Below, piece by piece: positions 1-6,225 of a stretch of 14,277 nucleotides of DNA; positions within the stretch are counted from its first letter, which is position 1; every line of letters begins with the position of its first letter. This DNA is from Deinococcales bacterium. GTDB lineage: Bacteria > Deinococcota > Deinococci > Deinococcales > JAAFIG01. The DNA lies in contig JAYWGM010000090.1 in the NCBI GenBank assembly GCA_043778225.1, positions 1-14,277 on the forward strand, in the 5' to 3' direction. The notes beneath the pieces are model-generated. The model had not been told where the DNA came from and searched no databases. It saw nothing but the letters and a program-made list of their open reading frames with translations. A program made the position numbers and the translations under genes.

Positions 1-55
1 GGTCACGACGAGCGTCTTCGAGGGTACTGAAATGTTCGATGATATTGATAATCAT
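1..55 (-). CDS. ISAs1-family transposase, N-terminal fragment (partial)
   Basis: ATG at 55 gives MIINIIEHFSTLEDARRD, matching the ISAs1/H-repeat transposase N-terminal pattern (..HF..l.DpR). TACCCT, a -10-like box, lies 5 nt upstream. Only 18 codons are visible and the ORF track misses it. Confidence 0.75.
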   Translation of the reverse strand, partial: MIINIIEHFSTLEDARRD

Positions 56-96
56 TCTTTAGGGTACAGCAAGCTCAACTTGGTGCGTTTGCCCTA
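1..96 (-). mobile_element. Left end of an ISAs1-family insertion sequence (continues off the window)
   Basis: The minus strand from 96 reads TAGGGCAAACGCACC, resembling ISAs1 (C/T)AGGG terminal repeats, and is followed 41 nt later by a transposase-like N-terminus. The host FG-GAP repeat consensus (gatgcCAAACTCGAC) resumes abruptly at 97. Confidence 0.8.
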
Positions 97-1783
97 CAAA
101 CTCGACATCATTACCGCAAACTATGGTAATTCCTCGAGTGTCCTCTTGGGCAACGGCAATGGTACATTCCTAGCCAAAGTGGATTACGCTACGGGTATAC
201 AACCTCAATCTGTGGCTGTAGCTGATGTCAATGGGGATGCCAAACCTGACATTATCACCGCAAATTACAATGGTAACTCCTCGAGTGTGCTGCTTGGCAA
301 TGGCAATGGCACTTTTCAAGCCAAAGTGGATTACACCACAGGTGCAGGCGCTAGTTCTGTGGCGATAGCGGATGTCAACGGCGATGCAAAACTCGACATC
401 ATTACCGCAAACTTTGGTGGTAATACCTCGAGTGTGCTGCTTAATAATGGCAATGGTACGTTCCAAACAGGAGTGGTTTACACCACGGGTACAAATCCTA
501 ATTCTGTGGCTATAGCTGATATGAATGGCGATGCTAAACTCGACATCATCACCGCAAACTCTGGGGCTAATACCTCGAGTGTCTTGTTTGGTAATGGCAA
601 TGGTACGTTCCAAGCCAAAATAGATTACACCACGGGTCTAAGTCCCCGTTCTGTAGCTGTAGCTGATATGAATGGCGATGCCAAACTTGACCTGATTACG
701 GCAAACTATTTTGGCAATTCCTCGAGTGTCTTGCTCGGTAATAATGCTTACGGTACATTCCAAGCCAAAACGGATTACACCACGGGTGCAAGTCCTATTT
801 TTGTGACCGTGGCGGATATAAATGGGGATGCAAAACTCGATATGATCACCGCGAACACCAGTGCTTTTTCCTCGAGTGTGCAGCTTGGTAATGGCAATGG
901 GACGTTCCAAGCCAAAACAGATTACCCGACGGGTTCAGGACCTTATTCTGTGGCGATAGCGGATGTCAACAGCGATGCCAAACTCGACCTGATTACCGCA
1001 AATGCCAATGATAATACCTCGAGTGTACTGCTTAACAACGGCAGTGGCGGTTTCCTAGCCAAAACAGATTACGCCACAGGTACACTTCCATTTTCTGTGG
1101 TGGTGGCTGACATGAATGGGGATACTAAACTCGACATCATTACCGCAAACAATGGCACTGGGGTTAATACCGTGAGCCTCCTTTTGGGCAATGGCAATGG
1201 TACGTTCCAAGCCAAAACGGATTTCACCACAGATGCCAATCCTTTTTCTGTGGCAGTGGCTGATGTCAACGGGGATGCCAAACTCGACATTATTACCGCA
1301 AACTTTAATGCCAATTCCTCGAGTGTGCTGCTTGGCAATGGTAATGGGACTTTTCAAGCCAAGACGGATTACGCCACAGGTGCAGGCGCTAGTTCTGTGG
1401 TTGTGGCGGATGTCAATGGAGATACTAAACTCGACATTATCACCACAAATTATTATGGTCATTCCTCGAGTGTGCTGCTTAATAATGGCAATGGTACGTT
1501 CCTAGCCAAAACAGATTACACCACAGGTACAAATCCTAATTCTGTTTCTGTAGCTGATATGAATGGAGATGCCAAACTCGACATCATCACCGCAAACTCT
1601 GGGGCTAATACCTCGAGTGTCTTGTTTGGTACTGGCACTGGTACGTTCCTAGCCAAAACAGATTACACCACGGGTTCGACTCCACTTTCCGTGGCTGTGG
1701 CTGATATGAATGATGATGCTAGACTCGACATCATCACTGCAAACAATCTTGGTAATTCCTCGAGTCTACTGCTGAACCGTTAG
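97..1783 (+). pseudogene. 3' part of an FG-GAP/VCBS repeat beta-propeller surface protein, disrupted by the IS
   Basis: There are 11 full and 1 partial ~49-aa repeats (ADxNGDxKLDIITAN...SVLLGNGNGTF) carrying DxNGD Ca-binding motifs. The first 22 aa of the listed ORF 32..1783 come from the IS antisense strand, and there is no signal peptide. Confidence 0.85.
98..1780 (+). repeat. Tandem ~147-bp FG-GAP coding repeats with a 7-unit (1038-bp) super-period
   Basis: Units 2/9, 3/10 and 4/11 share loop sequences (TGAGASSV, TGTNPNSV, SGANTSSVLFG). Positions 536-593 and 1574-1631 are identical over 58 bp. Confidence 0.95.
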
Positions 1784-1818
1784 CGCCAAACTCTAACTTA
1801 TCTCGAGTTAGAAATAGA

Positions 1819-1862
1819 TATAACGCTCGTATAACGCCAATATACGCCCTGCTTTTTATGCT
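1819..1862 (+). promoter_or_regulatory. Putative activator-dependent promoter: three phased direct repeats plus a -10 box
   Basis: TATAACGC (1819), TATAACGC (1830) and TATACGCC (1841) precede TATGCT at 1857-1862. The RBS AAGGAG is at 1882-1887. Confidence 0.5.
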
Positions 1863-1894
1863 ACCTCGAGAGACAAACCTCAAGGAGTTACGCC

Positions 1895-3940
1895 ATGTTA
1901 AAAAAATCAATGCTGCTTGTATTTTTAATCCTGATTGGAGCTTGTACAACACCACCGATTGTGCCACCACCCAAAGCAGAACCCCCCATTAAAGTTGTCG
2001 GTAGCCCCATCGAAATTGCCCTAACTGGGATTGGCGGCTCTAAACTTTCGGCTCGAGTTCGTCCGCAAACCCTTGACACAGAAGTGAGTAGCCGCATTAT
2101 TTTAGGCGATGCGATTGTCCGCTCGAGTACCGATATTGTGCCACTCGGACAGGCTCGCACTTCTGGACACCGGTATTTGCACGTGACATTACCAATCAGC
2201 CTTCTCGAGGGAACGTTTACTAACCTAACCTTTATGGCAATGAACGACCCAAAAAGCGGCAGCCTGAGCGCGGTTTCAGAACTAAGTCGTTACCCCGGCT
2301 TAGCTGCTTATACCCAATCCGAATTTGATGCACTTGCCGCCAGTATCGCACCTACCAGCCCGATCAGCCTCGAGCCTAGAAGCCAAAGCCCGACGCTGCT
2401 GGCTGGCGAAGAAGATGCGCTGCAAATTTACACTGAAAACGAAGTCTCGAGTTTAGGCAATGTTCTGCCTTATGGTTTTGTGGCGCACAATGGCACAAGC
2501 CGCACCATTACTAGCACAGGCACAATCACGATTGCCATGCGTGTACCGTTGCAGGCTTTAGCCAAAGATGACCCGTACACGATTAAACTGCGCTTTGGAA
2601 TCTATGAGGACAGCACCACGATCATGACCGAATCGCTAGAAGCCCAGTTACCAATCAACCAAGCGGCTTTTAAGGCGGTCAGAACTCGAGTCGGCGGGGA
2701 GTTGCGGGTCATGCCCGGTACAACCAAGTCCATATCAGCACCAATCTATTTGTACTCATCGCCTCGAGTTGCGCCAAGTCAAACAACGCTGACTATTTGT
2801 CAAGTTCGGACGGTTGGCACTGCGATTAGCCCAACAGCATATTTAGTCAATCGCATACCAACTGCGGTAGCCTTAAAGACTCAAGTGATTACCACGGGGC
2901 AAACCCTACCGCTCGAGACCACTATTTCTGATGCGGCTGGCGAGTATTACCTGCCCGCCCAAATAAGCCTGACCGACTCGAGCCTTGGTGGTATCCGAAG
3001 TCAGCATTTAACTGCTTTTGGTGCTGGGGCAACCACAGTTAGCACCAATGTTTGCGGTCTGACTGGTGTCAGTCACTTAAATGTTCTGACCGATATTATT
3101 CCGATTTCGGGTGGAGCATTGCATAGTCTGGCTTTACAATCCGATGATACTGTGGCAGCTTGGGGAAGTAATGGTTTAGGGCAAACAACCATACCAAGCG
3201 ATTTAACTGGTTACTCGGTTCAAGCAGTGGCTGGAGGTTCTTATCATAGTTTGGCATTACAAACCAATGGTGTAGTCAGGGCTTGGGGATATGGTGGTTT
3301 AGGGCAAACAACAATACCAAGTGGCTTGGTTGGTATTGTCGCCATAGAAACAGGCTTAAATCATAATTTAGCCTTAAACAGAACTGGTGGCGTGGTTGCG
3401 TGGGGGTTCAATAGTAACTCTCAAACCGATGTTCCTACCGATTTAACCAATGTCGCGGCAATAACAGGCGGGAATGGGTATAGTTTAGCCCTTAAATCCG
3501 ATGGTCGCCTTGTGGTTTGGGGATCAGAAAACCAATCTGGACAAACCGACATTCCAACTGGCTTAAATGATGTGATTGCGATTAGTTCGGGAGCGTTTCA
3601 TAACCTTGCTTTGCAACAAAACGGTACCGTCGTGGCTTGGGGAAGGAATGACGAGGGTCAGAGTACCGTACCGACCGACTTAACTGGGGTTATTGCGATA
3701 AGTGCAGGGAATTTTCACTCGATTGCCTTAAAAGCTGACGGCACAGTGGTGGCTTGGGGTAGCAATGATTTTGCTCAATTAACTGTTCCTACTGGCTTAA
3801 CGGGTGTTGTGGCAATTGCAGCAGGAGAGGTTCACAACCTTGCCTTAAAAGCCGATGGCAGCATTATCGCATGGGGCTACAGTTCATATGGTCAAACCAC
3901 CATTCCAGTTATTGCACCACTGACGTTCAAAATCCCGTAA
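1895..3940 (+). CDS. Surface lipoprotein: uncharacterised N-terminal domain + Ig-like linker + 7-bladed RCC1-like propeller
   Basis: Signal peptide II with lipobox LIGA-C17 and RBS AAGGAG. Seven ~39-aa repeats (aG..HsLAL..dGtVvaWG.N..GQ..vP) lie at the C-terminus. Confidence 0.9.
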   Translation: MLKKSMLLVFLILIGACTTPPIVPPPKAEPPIKVVGSPIEIALTGIGGSKLSARVRPQTLDTEVSSRIILGDAIVRSSTDIVPLGQARTSGHRYLHVTLPISLLEGTFTNLTFMAMNDPKSGSLSAVSELSRYPGLAAYTQSEFDALAASIAPTSPISLEPRSQSPTLLAGEEDALQIYTENEVSSLGNVLPYGFVAHNGTSRTITSTGTITIAMRVPLQALAKDDPYTIKLRFGIYEDSTTIMTESLEAQLPINQAAFKAVRTRVGGELRVMPGTTKSISAPIYLYSSPRVAPSQTTLTICQVRTVGTAISPTAYLVNRIPTAVALKTQVITTGQTLPLETTISDAAGEYYLPAQISLTDSSLGGIRSQHLTAFGAGATTVSTNVCGLTGVSHLNVLTDIIPISGGALHSLALQSDDTVAAWGSNGLGQTTIPSDLTGYSVQAVAGGSYHSLALQTNGVVRAWGYGGLGQTTIPSGLVGIVAIETGLNHNLALNRTGGVVAWGFNSNSQTDVPTDLTNVAAITGGNGYSLALKSDGRLVVWGSENQSGQTDIPTGLNDVIAISSGAFHNLALQQNGTVVAWGRNDEGQSTVPTDLTGVIAISAGNFHSIALKADGTVVAWGSNDFAQLTVPTGLTGVVAIAAGEVHNLALKADGSIIAWGYSSYGQTTIPVIAPLTFKIP

Positions 3941-3959
3941 TTCGAGCAAAGGAGCAACC

Positions 3960-6188
3960 ATGAAACAGAAAATACATTCCTTGATTGACCTTGTAAAACA
4001 GGTATGCGGTCATTCTGACTCGGAAAAAGCGCAATGCCTTACGCACTCCCCCCAGCGCGGAGCGCTGACCCCCTCGAGTGAGGGGGTTCAAGTACCAGAC
4101 CTTGAACTTAGCACCCCTCTTTTGAGGGGTCGAGCGGAGCGAGGGGGAGTGCGTAAGAGGTCACGTTCTTACACCATCCCTGTTCTGCTAGGCGTAGCAC
4201 TCGCCGCGTGCAATCAGCAAACCATTCCATCAGTCCCCAGCCTAAAACCAGTCGGGGCAGCCTTTACCCTAACTTTTGATGGGCTTGGTACACCCAATTT
4301 TAATGCCAGCCTCTCGAGCAGTATCAGCCCCCAAGCCCTGACTGACCAACAAGCAACTGTTAAACCAATTCGGGTGGTGGCTCGGGGCAGCATGGATTAC
4401 ATTCCAGAAGGGCAGCCGCGTACCAGTGGCTTTCGTTATGTCTATGCGGTGCTATCGGTCAACAGCACCGCTATTCTCGAGAATGTTAGTTTTCTTGGGG
4501 TGCGAAACAGCAGCAGTTCAATTGCAGATACGGCAATAAGTACGGCGATTCGTGCGCCCGGTGGGGTTGCCTTTAGCAGCACCGAACTCAGGACACTGGC
4601 TTTACGTGTTAAACCCGCCCAAGCCAGCACCTATAACTCGGTCACAAAAAAAATAGTGCCATTGCCAAATACCGAAGATACGGTGCAGTACCTGCCCGAA
4701 AGCGCTTTGGATTACGTGCCAGATGGCATGGTTGGTTTACTGCCGTATGGTTTTACTGTCCTGAACAGCACGGGCGGGCGCACCCTCGAGACCACCACCA
4801 ACGCCAACCGCATGATTGTTGGTATGAAAGTGCCTTTGGCAGCCGACCCCGTAAACGACCCATATGCCTTTGCTTTTAGTGCCGTGCCAGTAACGGATTC
4901 TGAAACTCGAGTGACCCAAACTTTAGAAGCCCAAAGCGCCAAAGGCAATGCAGCCGTGGTGGCTCGAGCCGCCGCGCTTGGCAGCAGTGCCAGTATTACG
5001 GCGTTACCATCGGCATTTAACAGCCCAGCCAGCAGCAATACCGTCAATGCTCTGTGCAGTCTTCGCACGGCGGGTAGTGCCACCAACCCAAGCGCCTATT
5101 TGATTAACCGCAGTTTTACGGCTGCTAACCTCGAGCCAGTGGTTCGGGTCATCAGCAAAGGACAAATTCTGCCAACCAGTCTTTGGGTGAACACCGACGG
5201 CGGATATTATTTGCCCGCCCAGAGCATCTCCAATAATACTACCAAGGTACGAGTCGTAGGAAACCGCCTAGAGGCTTTAGAACTCGGTCAAGGCACAATC
5301 ACCGCCACGGCTTGCGGCTACACCATCAACAGTGACTTCAAAGTTCTCAATCCGATTGTCACGGTGGATGCTGGGTATTGGTACAGCCTTGCGATCAAAT
5401 CAGATAGCACAGTCGCGGCTTGGGGCAGCAATGTGGCTGGCGAAACAATTGTACCAAACGATTTAAGCGGTGTGATTTCGGTCAGCGCAGGAAATTTTCA
5501 TAATTTAGCCCTAAAAAGTGATGGTACGGTCGCGGCTTGGGGCAGCAATGGTGCTGGTCAAACCGATGTGCCAACGGGTTTAAGCGATGTGATTGCAGTT
5601 GCCGCAGGGGGAAACTCGAGCCTTGCACTTAAAAACGATGGCACGGTGCTTGGCTGGGGTTGCAATTGCTATGGTCAAGTCAGCATCCCACCCGATTTAA
5701 CCGATGTGGTTGCCATCAGTGTTGGCGGGCTTCATAGTTTAGCCCTGAAAAGTAATGGCACAGTGACTGCATGGGGCGATAATTCTGCTGGACAATTAAA
5801 CATCCCCAGTGGTGTGGCTAACGTTGTGGCAATCAGTGCAGGCTCGGCGCATAACCTAGTCCTTAAAGATGACGGCAGTGTGGTGCAGTGGGGCAACAAT
5901 GGCACAGATTTTACCATGCCAAACACGGTCAGTCAGATTGGTGCGATTGGCACAGGTTCAAACTTTAACCTGACCATCACCTCGAGCCTTGGTGTGATTG
6001 TATGGGGTGATAACACATGGAATCAACTGGATTTGCCGAGCAATTTAGCCAACATGGTGGCTGTGGCTGGCGGCGACCATCATGGACTGGCTCTGAAATC
6101 CGACGGCAGCCTTGTGGTATGGGGAACAAACAGCTTTGGTCAAACCGATGTGCCGGACATCAGCCCATTAACTTTTAAGCTCCCGTAA
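3960..6188 (+). CDS. Paralogous surface lipoprotein with RCC1-like propeller; N-region extended by an in-frame palindromic insert
   Basis: RBS AAAGGAG precedes ATG 3960 and the lipobox is LAA-C84. It shares motifs with the upstream gene (P.GQ.RTSG.RY, LPYGF, M.VPL...DPY, YYLPAQ, C-terminal I.PLTFK.P) and has seven RCC1-like repeats. An alternative in-frame GTG start lies at 4149. Confidence 0.88.
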   Translation: MKQKIHSLIDLVKQVCGHSDSEKAQCLTHSPQRGALTPSSEGVQVPDLELSTPLLRGRAERGGVRKRSRSYTIPVLLGVALAACNQQTIPSVPSLKPVGAAFTLTFDGLGTPNFNASLSSSISPQALTDQQATVKPIRVVARGSMDYIPEGQPRTSGFRYVYAVLSVNSTAILENVSFLGVRNSSSSIADTAISTAIRAPGGVAFSSTELRTLALRVKPAQASTYNSVTKKIVPLPNTEDTVQYLPESALDYVPDGMVGLLPYGFTVLNSTGGRTLETTTNANRMIVGMKVPLAADPVNDPYAFAFSAVPVTDSETRVTQTLEAQSAKGNAAVVARAAALGSSASITALPSAFNSPASSNTVNALCSLRTAGSATNPSAYLINRSFTAANLEPVVRVISKGQILPTSLWVNTDGGYYLPAQSISNNTTKVRVVGNRLEALELGQGTITATACGYTINSDFKVLNPIVTVDAGYWYSLAIKSDSTVAAWGSNVAGETIVPNDLSGVISVSAGNFHNLALKSDGTVAAWGSNGAGQTDVPTGLSDVIAVAAGGNSSLALKNDGTVLGWGCNCYGQVSIPPDLTDVVAISVGGLHSLALKSNGTVTAWGDNSAGQLNIPSGVANVVAISAGSAHNLVLKDDGSVVQWGNNGTDFTMPNTVSQIGAIGTGSNFNLTITSSLGVIVWGDNTWNQLDLPSNLANMVAVAGGDHHGLALKSDGSLVVWGTNSFGQTDVPDISPLTFKLP
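4038..4157. mobile_element. 120-bp palindromic MITE/REP-like element inserted in frame
   Basis: A perfect 15-bp terminal inverted repeat (CTTACGCACTCCCCC 4038-4052 / GGGGGAGTGCGTAAG 4143-4157) encloses four internal hairpins (4053-4067, 4068-4087, 4086-4107, 4113-4130). The element is GC-rich and absent from the paralog. Confidence 0.7.
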
Positions 6189-6225
6189 CTCGAGCCTCTA
6201 TTTCACTTTATCAAAGGAGAAGATC

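Noticed and set aside
32..97. N-terminus MFDDIDNHSLGYSKLNLVRLPY as the native start of the FG-GAP protein
   Set aside because: It is the antisense of the IS end and transposase start, has no signal peptide, and joins the repeat mid-unit.
170..1505. Antisense and alternate-frame ORFs over the FG-GAP repeats
   Set aside because: These are shadow ORFs caused by repeat periodicity, with no RBS or recognisable protein features.
98..1780. Regular repeats as a CRISPR array
   Set aside because: The ~147-bp units are protein-coding with synonymous variation, have no repeat-spacer structure, and no cas genes are present.
1792..1812. Hairpin TCTAACT-N7-AGTTAGA as a terminator
   Set aside because: The stem is AT-rich and weak, with no U-tract on the plus strand.
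2983..4072. ~1.1-kb gap without CTCGAG over the first RCC1 domain, suggesting a recently imported domain
   Set aside because: With a mean spacing of ~190 bp and ~75 intervals, one gap this long is not clearly beyond chance (rough estimate ~0.2), and other gaps of ~600 bp exist.
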